Assembly: GCA_047601445.1 (NCBI GenBank)
Contig: JASGJH010000001.1
Span: 2,976,001-3,040,000 of the forward strand
Length of the DNA: 64,000 nucleotides
Reading direction: 5' to 3'
Source of the DNA: Myxococcales bacterium
Lineage (GTDB): Bacteria; Myxococcota_A; Polyangia; Polyangiales; DASUME01
Positions within the stretch are counted from its first letter, which is position 1; each line of letters starts with the position of its first letter. The position numbers and the translations under genes are program-made. The notes under the pieces were generated by a model that did not search any database, had not been told where the DNA came from, and worked only from the letters and a program-made list of their open reading frames with translations. This document shows, piece after piece, positions 38,818 to 48,533 of this stretch.

Positions 38818-39843
38818 ATGTCAGCCCCCGATTCAGCGACCCCCCAAGACATGCCCGCGGACACGCGCCGCAAGATCTCCGAGCTGCTCTCGCGCGAGGA
38901 GATCCGCGCGCTCAACGAGCGCTCCGACGTCATGGGCTTCGCTGCGGTGGGGTTCACATGGGCGGTCATCGCGTGCACCCTGGCGGCCCTGGTCTGGGCG
39001 CGCGGGCAGCCGCTGTGGCTGGAAGTCCCGGTCTTTGTGCTGGGCTTCGTCGTGCTGGGCGGTCGTCACCTGGGCCTGGCCATCCTGCATCACGAGGCTG
39101 CTCACAAGTCGCTGTTCAAGACGCCCTGGCTCAACGACTTCGTGGGAGATTGGCTGTGCGCGCGCCCAATCTGGAACGACGTGCGCAAGTATCGCGGACA
39201 CCACTTCATCCATCACCGGCGCACCAACCAGGAAGACGACACCGATCTCTCGCTGGTCGCGCCCTTCCCCACCACGCGCTCCTCCTTGCTGCGCAAGTTC
39301 GCGCGCGATCTGCTGGGTTTGACGGGCCTCAAGTACCTGCTCGGCCGCGTGCTGATGGACGCCGAGCTCGTGAAGTGGACGGTGGCCAACGACGTGGTCT
39401 GGTTGCCGCGCGACGGACGAGCCTGGTGGAGCTATCCGCTTCGCTTCGTGCGCAACGCGAGCGGCATGCTGCTCACCAACGCGCTGCTACTCGTCCTGTG
39501 TTGGTTCTGTGGAGAGGTCTGGCTCTACGGGATCTGGGTGCTTTCCTACCTCACCCCGTTCCCGCTTTTCTTGCGCATCCGATCGCTGGCCGAGCACGCC
39601 TGCACGGCTCGCAGCACGGACATGTTCTTGAACACGCGCACCACCCGCGCCGGCCTGTTGGCGCGCGCCACGGTGGCGCCGATCCGGGTGAACTACCACG
39701 TCGAACATCACGTGCTTCCCTCGGTGCCCTACTTCCGTTTGCCCCGCTTGCATCAGCTGCTGCGGGAGCGCGGAGCCGTGTCGACTCCGCCATCGTACTG
39801 GGAAGTGCTGCGGCAGGTTTCATCGGGCAGCGAGCGCGCCTGA
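38818..39843 (+). CDS. Membrane fatty-acid desaturase family protein
   Basis: His boxes HEAAH, HFIHH, HVEHH; TM segments. Confidence 0.88.
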   Translation: MSAPDSATPQDMPADTRRKISELLSREEIRALNERSDVMGFAAVGFTWAVIACTLAALVWARGQPLWLEVPVFVLGFVVLGGRHLGLAILHHEAAHKSLFKTPWLNDFVGDWLCARPIWNDVRKYRGHHFIHHRRTNQEDDTDLSLVAPFPTTRSSLLRKFARDLLGLTGLKYLLGRVLMDAELVKWTVANDVVWLPRDGRAWWSYPLRFVRNASGMLLTNALLLVLCWFCGEVWLYGIWVLSYLTPFPLFLRIRSLAEHACTARSTDMFLNTRTTRAGLLARATVAPIRVNYHVEHHVLPSVPYFRLPRLHQLLRERGAVSTPPSYWEVLRQVSSGSERA

Positions 39844-39862
39844 GCTTTGACCTCGCGCTGAC

Positions 39863-40729
39863 TCAGCGGGGCAGAAGGAAGCTCGGCAGGAGGGCACCCA
39901 CCAGCTTGTAGTCGGGACCATCGTCGCGCACACCGCCGGGCGCTCGTTGTACGCTCGTGAGTCGGAAACGACGCGCAGCACCGTCGAGCGCGAGCCCGGC
40001 GGAACCCAGCTGTGGGAAGGCGCCACCCGGGGTGCTTGGGCTGGCAAAGGAGCCGTTCCAGGTGGTGATCTCGATCCCGGTGGGAGTGTACTGGCTCCGC
40101 AACAGCTTGTACGACGCGGTCACCTCACCTTTCCAATCGAGGGCCTCCACCAAGAGGTCGCTGTTGGCGGTGGTGGGACTCGCTGCGCTGCCGCGCTCCC
40201 AGAAGAACAGCGTATTCACCGGCACGGCGAAGCTCACCTCGAGGCTCGCGGTGCCCTCGTTCTCGCGCGTGACCACGATGCTGGTGAGGTTGAGGTTGTC
40301 GAGCGAGGCGCGGAGATCGGCGCCCGTGGGCGTGATGGTGGCAGGGCCCTCGCTTACCCACTCGTCGAGCTCGCTGTTGATGCCCTGACCCGAAGCGAAG
40401 TTGTGCCCGCCGCGCGCGACGTCGACTCCGTCATCGATCAGGATGGTCGCATGCTTCACGGTCTGGAGCGCCCAACCGGGGAGCTTCACGTGCCCGAACT
40501 CCACGCGATCCAGGCGCACGTCGCCGTCGCTGAATTGCCCGCTCTCCGAGACCTGGGAGCTGAACGTGAAAGGCGTAAAGGCCGAGGGTTCCCAGGGCAA
40601 GTCGAGGGCTGCTTCACTCGCGTGCACCTGCGGCTCGTCCAGCTCGTCGGCGTCCTCGACGGCGCAAGCCGAGAGCATCAGAGCCAACAGGGTGCGCGTC
40701 GGTCTCGAAAGCGTGTGCTGAATCTTCAT
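39863..40729 (-). CDS. Lipoprotein with XDP2-like domain
   Basis: LSA-C lipobox; L.NLNL..I, FFWERG..NSDL..AL and GPDYKLVG recalled from cyanobacterial XDP2 proteins; GGAGG SD. Confidence 0.6.
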   Translation of the reverse strand: MKIQHTLSRPTRTLLALMLSACAVEDADELDEPQVHASEAALDLPWEPSAFTPFTFSSQVSESGQFSDGDVRLDRVEFGHVKLPGWALQTVKHATILIDDGVDVARGGHNFASGQGINSELDEWVSEGPATITPTGADLRASLDNLNLTSIVVTRENEGTASLEVSFAVPVNTLFFWERGSAASPTTANSDLLVEALDWKGEVTASYKLLRSQYTPTGIEITTWNGSFASPSTPGGAFPQLGSAGLALDGAARRFRLTSVQRAPGGVRDDGPDYKLVGALLPSFLLPR

Positions 40730-41097
40730 TGAAGTCCTCCTGGGCGCGGCCTTGCTTTTGCGGGCTGGCCTTTTTGCGGCGACTCTCGCTGTCGCCTTGC
40801 CGCTGCGGTGTGTGGTGCAAGCGCCCTTTGCAGACTCCGTTCCACGTCTTCCTCGCGGCGCTGCGAGCCCGCGTGAGACTCTCGCGAGAGCGGCCCGAAA
40901 CGCCCGCGCGCCGTTCGTTGCAGCGCCGTTTGCGCACGCCCCACGCAGGGCACGAGATTCCACGGCGCACCGGAAATCGCCTTGCTGACGCTCGGAGATC
41001 TCCGAGCATCATGCGACTACGATGAACCACGGCCCTTGCGCGAACGGCGTTCGGACCCACTTAGCCCAAGGCCGATGTCGAGGCGCTGGGAGGCCCC

Positions 41098-41739
41098 ATG
41101 AGCGATGAGCTCCTCTTCTATCACAACCCGTTTTCGCGCGGCCGCATCGTGCAGTGGATGCTGGAGGAGGTTGGCGCTCCGTACCGTGTGGAGCTCGTAC
41201 GCCTCGATCAGCGCGAACAGAAGCGTCCCGAGTATCTGGCTGTCAATCCCATGGGCAAGATCCCCACCATCGTCCACCGCGGCGTGGTGATCACGGAAGC
41301 AGCTGCGATCTGTACGTACCTCGCGGACGCCTTCCCGGAGACCAAGCTCGCGCCCGCCCTCACGGACCCGGCGCGTGGCACCTACCTGCGCTGGCTGTTC
41401 TTCGGCGCGGGCTGCATCGAGCCGGCCCTGGCGGACAAGTTGCTCGAGCGTCCCGCACCTGCCCCGGAACGCAGCAGTGCGCTCGGCTACGGCAGCTACG
41501 AAAACGTGCTCGCCACGCTGGAGAAGGCCGTCTCGCCAGGGCCTCACATCCTGGGCGATGCATTCTCGGCCGCGGATGTCTACGTGGGGTCGGCCATCGG
41601 CTTTGGCCTTGGCAGCAAGGCGATCGAACCGCGGCCCGCATTCATGAGCTACCTCGCAAAGCTCTCGGAGCGTCCCGCCTACAAGCGCGCCAACGCAAAA
41701 AACGAAGCATTTGCCGCTGAGCTCAAGGCCAAGAGCTAG
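41098..41739 (+). CDS. Glutathione S-transferase family protein
   Basis: SRGRIVQWMLEE, NPMGKIP, TEAAAIC.YLAD, FSAADV. Confidence 0.92.
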   Translation: MSDELLFYHNPFSRGRIVQWMLEEVGAPYRVELVRLDQREQKRPEYLAVNPMGKIPTIVHRGVVITEAAAICTYLADAFPETKLAPALTDPARGTYLRWLFFGAGCIEPALADKLLERPAPAPERSSALGYGSYENVLATLEKAVSPGPHILGDAFSAADVYVGSAIGFGLGSKAIEPRPAFMSYLAKLSERPAYKRANAKNEAFAAELKAKS

Positions 41740-41905
41740 CAGCTCGGATCGACCCGGATTTTTGCGCACAGCGGGAAAATTCGGCTCGCAAAGGGCGGCC
41801 AGGGCGCACCCGATGGGCCCACGGGTCCAGGGTGGTCCGCGCGGTCTAAACGGAACGTAGTCGGGTCGGTGGCTGTGGGTCCGAGCTCTGGTAGCGTCCC
41901 TCGCC

Positions 41906-42940
41906 GTGGCACCCGTGTCCGCCTCGACGCCCTGCTACTCGGCCCGCCTGCTGTTCCCTTTTGCGAGCGTGCTCAAGGAGCGCGGCGTCATGCTGCCATT
42001 GGCGGCGGGTGCGATCGACGCCCTCGACCCCGACCTGCGCGTTCCGATCCAGGTCGCCGAAGGCTACTTGGTGTCAGCCATTCAGTTGTCCGGTGACCAC
42101 GCGCTGGGCTTGGCGGCAGGTCGCATCATGACCACCGGTGACTGTCCCGCCATCGACTACGCGGTGAGCTCGGCCGCCAACGTGCGTGAGGCGGTCAGCG
42201 TCGCGACGCGCCATGCTCGCCTTGCCAACGACGCTCTGACCATCGCGCTCGAGACCGAGGGCAGCCGCGCCGCGCTGCGCATGCACAGCTCGCTGCCGCT
42301 TCACCGAGCCTCGTCCGACTTCATGATGGCGAGCTTCTATGCCTGCCATGTAGTGCACTGGCCGCACCCGACCGGGAGCGTACGCTGCTCGTTCGCCCAC
42401 GCCGCGCCCGTGGATCGCAGCGCCTACGAGCGCACCTTTCCTGGTGTCGAGCTCGTGTTCGACGCGGCCAACTTCAGCTTCGAGTTCGACGCAGCAGTGC
42501 TCGACATGCCGCTGCACAGCGCCGACCCACGCCTGCACGCGATGGCAAAGAAGTACGCCGACTTTGCGTTGGCCGACCTGCCCTCGCCGCAAATTCATCG
42601 CGTCGAAGTGAAGAAGTTGCTGCCCGCGGAGCTGGCTCAAGGTCGCACCGAGGCCCGCAACATCGCGCGCAAGCTGAAGGTCAGCGTGCGCACCCTGGGC
42701 CGCCGCCTCGAGCACGAGGGCACGACCTACAAGGCCCTGCTCGAAGAGGTGAGGCAGGAGCTCGCCATGAGCCACCTCCTGCGGCTCGACGTGTCGATCC
42801 CGGAGATCGCAGGTTTGCTCGGCTTCTCCGATGTCACCGCGTTCCACCGCGCCTTCAAGCGCTGGACTGGCCAGACGCCCGGCGCCTATCGCGCTCGCCG
42901 TGCGCCACGCTTGGCCTCGCTGCTAGTAAGCTCGCGCTAG
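41906..42940 (+). CDS. AraC-family regulator
   Basis: SVRTLGRRLEHEGTTY; LGFSDVTAFHRAFKRWTG. Confidence 0.9.
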   Translation: MAPVSASTPCYSARLLFPFASVLKERGVMLPLAAGAIDALDPDLRVPIQVAEGYLVSAIQLSGDHALGLAAGRIMTTGDCPAIDYAVSSAANVREAVSVATRHARLANDALTIALETEGSRAALRMHSSLPLHRASSDFMMASFYACHVVHWPHPTGSVRCSFAHAAPVDRSAYERTFPGVELVFDAANFSFEFDAAVLDMPLHSADPRLHAMAKKYADFALADLPSPQIHRVEVKKLLPAELAQGRTEARNIARKLKVSVRTLGRRLEHEGTTYKALLEEVRQELAMSHLLRLDVSIPEIAGLLGFSDVTAFHRAFKRWTGQTPGAYRARRAPRLASLLVSSR

Positions 42941-43245
42941 TCTCGCCGTGGCTTGGTCGAAGCAGGCTCTTGAGCGGGCGAGCTTAGAATTGAGGCGTGC
43001 AGGGCCGCCAGCAAGTCCTGCTCGGGAGGTTCGGGCGTGACCTCGCGGTAGCTGTACTGCCCCTGGATCATGCGGTTCACGTAGCTGCCCTTGTGCTTGG
43101 TACGCAGCAAGAACTCGAACACGCCTGGGGGCACCTCGCTGTAGCGATAGATGCGTCCGCCCTGGAACTCGAGCTCCAGCTCACGCGCGGATGCATCGTA
43201 GCCTGCCGACACCAGGACGCCCGACACCAGTGACACTCGCTCCAT
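42937..43245 (-). CDS. KTSC domain protein
   Basis: SAGYD....LELEF.GG.IYRY..VP...F..L....KGSY.N..I. Confidence 0.85.
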   Translation of the reverse strand: MERVSLVSGVLVSAGYDASARELELEFQGGRIYRYSEVPPGVFEFLLRTKHKGSYVNRMIQGQYSYREVTPEPPEQDLLAALHASILSSPAQEPASTKPRRD

Positions 43246-43337
43246 GGGACGAGTCATGCACGCGGCGCGACGAACGGCAAAAGAAAGCGTGCCTGGCAGC
43301 GGCACTCGAGTTCGCGTGCAGCCCCGGTCGGCGGCCC

Positions 43338-44234
43338 CTAACCGCGCTGACGTTCGAGCTTTTCCAGCGCCTCCTGGGCGCGAGCTCGGGTGGCCTCCGC
43401 GGTGCGCTGGACGATCTGGGCGCGATCGTGGGCCTCCTTGCTGCGCACCAGGTTGTCATTGCACTGCTTGAGCTGAAAACGCAGGGCGCTCAGCGCCCGC
43501 TCCGCCTCCTGCAGGTCTGCCTTGGTCTTGCCGAGCTCGGCCTGGGCCGCCTCCTGCTCGCGCTCACGGGTCGCGCTGCTCTCGACGGCTTCTTCAAGGG
43601 CCCGCTCGGCGGTGCTGAGCGCGGTCCGTGCAAGGGCCAGAGCCTCGGCCTCGCGGTCGGGCGCGGCCGTCCCGGAACGGGCGGCCTTGGGCAAGCTAGG
43701 CCGCTCGACGGGTTCCCGCGGGGCGCTCGTGCCCACCTCGGTCACCGCGTCGAAGCCGCCAGCCTCGAGCTCCAGGGTCATTCGGCCAGGGGGCTCCTGC
43801 CCCGTCCCCGAGAGCCAGCCCTGAACCGTGGCGAGAATCCTGCGCTGCTGCACCTGGGCATGGGGCAACCCCGACGCCGCACAGAATCCCAGCGCGGCCT
43901 CGACCACCGCGTGGGTGGCGGCCCGCTGCGCGTTGGCGAGCGCCCACAGCTCCTTGGGATCGACGCGATCCTGGGCGTGCATCTCGCGCATCTGGGCCGC
44001 CTGAGCGAGCGCCTTGTCGAGCAGCTCGGGCCGCTGAAAGTGCACCTGATTCAACGCCCATGCCGCCGGGGCGGGCCGCTTGAGCGCCTTGATGCGCTGG
44101 GCCCCAGGCTTGTCGCCGCTCTTGCGCAAGCGCTCCACCAGGGCGTTCCTCGCTTCGACCATCTCGGCCGGCGGCAGCTGGAACAGGGTGTCGAGCTCGG
44201 CATCGAGGCTTTCGGGCACAACGCTTGATATCAC
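43338..44234 (-). CDS. Conserved-looking hypothetical protein with C-terminal coiled coil
   Basis: LFQLPPAEMVEARNAL..IKALKRP..AAWALN; E/A/R-rich heptads; start uncertain. Confidence 0.65.
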   Translation of the reverse strand: MISSVVPESLDAELDTLFQLPPAEMVEARNALVERLRKSGDKPGAQRIKALKRPAPAAWALNQVHFQRPELLDKALAQAAQMREMHAQDRVDPKELWALANAQRAATHAVVEAALGFCAASGLPHAQVQQRRILATVQGWLSGTGQEPPGRMTLELEAGGFDAVTEVGTSAPREPVERPSLPKAARSGTAAPDREAEALALARTALSTAERALEEAVESSATREREQEAAQAELGKTKADLQEAERALSALRFQLKQCNDNLVRSKEAHDRAQIVQRTAEATRARAQEALEKLERQRG

Positions 44235-44319
44235 GCCCAGCGAGCGCGGATCACGACCGCGAATTCCCCGCGAAAATGCGCGTTGGGCGACCTGCGGGCT
44301 TCGTGGTAGCCTGCGGCCC

Positions 44320-44457
44320 ATGGCATCTCCGCAAGACTCACCCTACCGCAAGAAACAAAAAGTCCGCGCAACGCGCAAGCTCGCTGCCTGGCGCGAGAAG
44401 AACGAAGCCGCCAAGGCCGCTGCCGAGGCAGCCGCCCCCGCCGCCAAGAAGAAGTGA
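44320..44457 (+). CDS. 45-aa basic small protein
   Basis: MASPQDSPYRKKQKVRATRKLAAWREK...AAKKK; GC3-biased codons; TGG-TAGCCT 7 nt before the ATG. Confidence 0.65.
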   Translation: MASPQDSPYRKKQKVRATRKLAAWREKNEAAKAAAEAAAPAAKKK

Positions 44458-44532
44458 TCTCCCGGGCCGCTGCGCCGGTGTCCCGCCAGGTTACTCCTTG
44501 CGTGTCACCCTTCGGCGCAGCCGCCGCTCCGG

Positions 44533-45552
44533 TCAGAGAGCGCCGCTAGCCTCGTACGCTTCCAACGTGGAGCGCGACGCCCTTCGCTGCAACAGCAGCG
44601 CCAGGGCCGCGATCCCGTTCACCAGCGTGATGCGCAGCAGGATGTACGGGAAAAGCATGTCGAGCATCCCGGCGATGGCGAACAGATACGAGTGCGGCGC
44701 CAGCGAGATGCTGATCCACAACGCCATGGGCAAGCGGTTGTGGCGCCGGTACACCTCGGCGGTCTCATCGGTGACGCGCCAGCGCGCCATCAGCAGGCGC
44801 GAGCCCCACGGGTTGGTGCGCTGCGTGAAGCGCTCCTGCTTGCCCAGATAGTCTTCGTAGAAGTCCATCGAGATGCGCGCGTGCAGGGCCAAGTTCTTGT
44901 TGTCGCGGACCTTGTTGGCCTGGGCGATCTCGGCCGCGCTGTGGCTCTCTCCACCCCCGCCGACGCGCGTGGCGCGCAAGAACAGCTCCTTGTAGGCGTC
45001 GTAGAGATTGAGCTGGAACACCGTGCACACCACGCCGACGATGCCGAGGATCACCAGGATTCCAGGCGAATAGGCGCGGTCGTGCATCACGATGTGCGCG
45101 AGGCCGGCGGCGCTGGTCGAGAACCCCACCACCATGTCGGCCAGGCCGTCGAGCGCGCGTCCGAAGGCGGAGCTCATCTTCTTGGCCCGCGCCAGAATGC
45201 CGTCGGCGCCGTCCATGATCGCGCTGACCCACAGCAAGATGCCGCCGACGACCATGCTGGTGGGCGTGCCATAGATCCAGCAGCCCGCTGCCGTGAGGCC
45301 CAGGGCCATGGCCAGGAAGGTGACCTGATTCGGCGTGATGGGCGTGCGATAGACGGCCGCGACGAACGCGTAGGCCAGCGGTCGGTGCAGCCACAGGTTC
45401 ACCGGATCTTCGACCTCGCGCGACTTCAGCACCGAGGAAAAGGGTGGCAGCGGCGGCGGCCCTCCCTCCGGCGTTTCGGACTGCGGCCTGGATCCCGCGG
45501 GAGCCGCTGACTCCTGCTTGGGTTCGGAGGGAAGCTGTTCCAGAGAGTTCAC
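44533..45552 (-). CDS. CDP-alcohol phosphatidyltransferase family protein
   Basis: ITPNQVT; DGADGILARAKKMSSAFGRALDGLAD signature. Confidence 0.9.
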   Translation of the reverse strand: MNSLEQLPSEPKQESAAPAGSRPQSETPEGGPPPLPPFSSVLKSREVEDPVNLWLHRPLAYAFVAAVYRTPITPNQVTFLAMALGLTAAGCWIYGTPTSMVVGGILLWVSAIMDGADGILARAKKMSSAFGRALDGLADMVVGFSTSAAGLAHIVMHDRAYSPGILVILGIVGVVCTVFQLNLYDAYKELFLRATRVGGGGESHSAAEIAQANKVRDNKNLALHARISMDFYEDYLGKQERFTQRTNPWGSRLLMARWRVTDETAEVYRRHNRLPMALWISISLAPHSYLFAIAGMLDMLFPYILLRITLVNGIAALALLLQRRASRSTLEAYEASGAL

Positions 45553-46505
45553 GGTGATGGCACCAGGGGCGCTGCGTCGAGGGGCTCGGCGCCCAGATCG
45601 AGCAGCGTTTCAGAGGGCTCGGGCAACCACGACTCGTCGGGTCCTTCGGGCGTCAGCACCAGCTTCTCGCCCGTGTAATGCAGGCGCCGATTGAGCCCGA
45701 ACGTGCACCACAGGTATAGCAGGAGCGAACGCTGCTCGAGCGAGGGATGGATCTTCCCGCCGTAGCGCGCGTAGTAGGCCTCCGGAGTCTTGCTCCAGTG
45801 CAGCCCGGGCAGGTCGTGGTGGATGCTGTGGAAGCCGTTGTTGAACGCCAACCAGTTGGCCAGCCCGCCCACGAAATTGCGCGAGTGGTTGTACTCGCTG
45901 TCCTGATCGCAGCCGTCGTGCTGCAGGAGATTGATGGTGATGATGCCCCACTGCGCGTAGATGTGCGGCAGGAACCAGTAGAGCAACGTGCGCTTCCAAT
46001 CCAGCACGAGCAGCGTGATCTGGATGCTCATCAGCACGGACAGCTCGAGCAACCCCTGGCGAAACCAGCGTGGGTGACGCTTGCGCATGACCCACATGTA
46101 CTGCGAGTCCGCGCGCATGATGCTCGGCGCCACCGTGAGCATGAAGAAGAGCCCATTGAGCAGGTGAAAGCCGAAGCGCGTCTTGGTCGTACGCATCACG
46201 TCGCGCCGCGACTGCGTGTAACGGTGATGGCTCAAGTTGTGCCCGGGCACGTAGGCGCTCACTGGATGGCCGTAGATGCACGTGAGGACCACCTGATAGA
46301 CCTTGTTCAACCAGCGCGCGCGAAACACCGGACAATGCAGCGAGTTGTGCGTCTGCACGGCCCCCTGGAACGCGGTCAAGCACAGGCCGACGAGGAGCGG
46401 CAGCGCCCACAGGTTCATGGGCCCCTCGAACCAGGCGTAGGCCAAGAGCGCGTAGTACGCGCCATTGAAGAAGAGGGGTCTAAGATCGGCGCGTTCTCGC
46501 AACAT
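45549..46505 (-). CDS. Membrane fatty-acid desaturase family protein
   Basis: HNSLH, HNLSHH, QH, HSIHH. Confidence 0.87.
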   Translation of the reverse strand: MLRERADLRPLFFNGAYYALLAYAWFEGPMNLWALPLLVGLCLTAFQGAVQTHNSLHCPVFRARWLNKVYQVVLTCIYGHPVSAYVPGHNLSHHRYTQSRRDVMRTTKTRFGFHLLNGLFFMLTVAPSIMRADSQYMWVMRKRHPRWFRQGLLELSVLMSIQITLLVLDWKRTLLYWFLPHIYAQWGIITINLLQHDGCDQDSEYNHSRNFVGGLANWLAFNNGFHSIHHDLPGLHWSKTPEAYYARYGGKIHPSLEQRSLLLYLWCTFGLNRRLHYTGEKLVLTPEGPDESWLPEPSETLLDLGAEPLDAAPLVPSP

Positions 46506-47175
46506 CTGACTCTTGCTTCACGCAAATGGCCAACTAGGCCACCGCCCGGCGGAGTGTGAGGGAAGACGCCGCGCTTGCCAAGCTCGCGGCCGTGGCCTGA
46601 CCAAGGCATTCATGGGCTGGAAACAGCGTGAGGAACGCTTGCCCACGGGCCTCACCTGGGTGCGATTCCGCCGTGCGCCAGACTCGCGTCGACAGGGTGC
46701 TCCGTGTGGTGCGCACGGCGTCGCAACGCTTGGGCTCGTGGGTCCGTGCGGGCGCGCGCGAAGGGGGTCGCGCGTGCAGCAACGAGGTCGCGACCGGAGC
46801 TGATCCCCAACCCACCCGGTCACCACGAGCAGAAGGAGGAACCTCAAGAGCGCGAACGCCCGGCCGGGGGATTGAGACTACCCCCCGTGAGAAAGCGCGG
46901 CCCCGAGGAACCGACCTGGGGCGTTCGTTCTCGAAATGCGGCGTCGGTTGGCCTCCCGGCAAGCCCAAGGACCGGTGGCCTGGCCCTGGACTGGCGAAGA
47001 TCGCAGGAGATTTCGCCCATTTGAGGCCTTTCACACTCGTCTTGGCTGCGATTCCGCTCAGCACGGACGCCGCCGGGGCGCGACGAATCTCACGGAATGA
47101 GCGTGTTCAGGGCGCGCTCGCGTGTCTCCGTAGCCACTACGGGCCGCTTCCGGAGTCAGTGTGGTCAGCGATACC

Positions 47176-48522
47176 ATGGTGTTGTTGACCAAGGGGATCT
47201 CCCGCTCTTCTGCGAGGTTGGTGGTGCTGGGTCTGGCCCTGGCGACCGCGCTGCCGGGCTGTGTCCTGATCGGCTACGACCCAGAAGTGCAGCTCCCGCA
47301 GCTCGTCGACCAACCTGATGGTTCGACGGGGGACGGCGATGGTGGGCTGGTCGGCCTGGACGGCTCGCCCGGGACCCCCGATGCCAGCGCTCCCCTCGAT
47401 GCGTCGAGCGACGGCGGGATCGCGGACACGGGCACGTCCGACGCGGCGCTCGCGGATCCGGATAGCGGTGCCGCGGAGTGCCCCGACGGTGGCTGTGCGT
47501 GCCCGCCGAATGGCCATGCCTGCGCGGGCGATCTCTGGCTCAGCTGTGACGCCCAGGGCAATGTGTCCGACACCGTGAACTGCCGCGACCAGGTGAGCGC
47601 GCAGTGCCAGGAAGGCGCCTGCGATCCGAGCGCGGGATGTGTGGCCCACCCGTCCGCCGACGATACGGATTGCGACGACGGACTTTTCTGCACCGCGGTC
47701 GACATGTGCAAGGCCGGTGCCTGCACCGGCACTGGCAGCCCCTGTCCCGACAACGCCTGCATCGTGCAGAGCTGCAACGAGGCCAGTGATACCTGCAGCG
47801 TGGAGTCCGTGAACAACGGCGCCAGCTGCGGCACGAATCAGACCTGCGCGAGCGATGGCAGTTGCGTCTCGAACAGCAACTGCACCTCGAACTGCACGCC
47901 CCAGTGCAGCGGCTCCACGGCGACCTGCAATCTTCCCTGCCACAACGCCAACAGCTGCAACACCACCTGTGGCGAGAGCCAGGTCTGCAACGTCGACTGC
48001 CACGACAGCACCTCCTGCGCGACCAGCTGCAACAGCTACTACGCCGATTGCAACCTCAACTGCGAAAGCTCCGGCACCTGCACGGGCACCTGCAACCACG
48101 GTGACTGCAACCTCGACTGCGACAGCGCCACCGATTGCCAGAACACCTGCTCCGGCGCCTTCTCGGAGTGCACGACCTCCTGCGACGCCGCCGCCTCCTG
48201 CGACGTGACCTGCACGAATGACGCGGACTGCGAGATCACCGGCTGCAATGGCGGCAACTGCACCGCCGCATGCGCCGAGCGGGGCACCTGCGACCTCGAC
48301 TGCAACGGCGCCAAGAGCTGCGCCGCCAGCTGCGAAAAGGACTCCACCTGCGACGTGGACTGCCGCAATTCCGACTCCTGCCAGGTCGCCTGTAGCTATA
48401 CGTCCCAGTGCGTCCTGGAGTGCGACGTCGGGGACCCGAACTGCAAGTTCACGGAATGCTTCGGCGGCGCCGACCGCTGCCCGAACGGCTTCCTGGTCTG
48501 CCACAGGTTCTGCCCGTTCTGA
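47176..48522 (+). CDS. Cysteine-rich repeat lipoprotein
   Basis: LPG-C lipobox; acidic linker; CDDGLFCT.VD.C module; about 18 CxxxC-x(4-6) units. Confidence 0.8.
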   Translation: MVLLTKGISRSSARLVVLGLALATALPGCVLIGYDPEVQLPQLVDQPDGSTGDGDGGLVGLDGSPGTPDASAPLDASSDGGIADTGTSDAALADPDSGAAECPDGGCACPPNGHACAGDLWLSCDAQGNVSDTVNCRDQVSAQCQEGACDPSAGCVAHPSADDTDCDDGLFCTAVDMCKAGACTGTGSPCPDNACIVQSCNEASDTCSVESVNNGASCGTNQTCASDGSCVSNSNCTSNCTPQCSGSTATCNLPCHNANSCNTTCGESQVCNVDCHDSTSCATSCNSYYADCNLNCESSGTCTGTCNHGDCNLDCDSATDCQNTCSGAFSECTTSCDAAASCDVTCTNDADCEITGCNGGNCTAACAERGTCDLDCNGAKSCAASCEKDSTCDVDCRNSDSCQVACSYTSQCVLECDVGDPNCKFTECFGGADRCPNGFLVCHRFCPF

Positions 48523-48533
48523 ACGGTTCTCTC

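Noticed and set aside
41076..41100. Third ECF42 promoter before the GST gene
   Set aside because: TGTCGA is present but there is no CGAC/CGTC at the 16-17 nt spacing
41760..41860. c-di-GMP-I riboswitch (GCAAA..GGTCTAA-like words)
   Set aside because: Required stems and GNRA/receptor arrangement could not be built
47925..48005. CxxxCH motifs as heme c attachment sites
   Set aside because: Only two, non-canonical spacing, and part of a regular Cys ladder whose other units lack His
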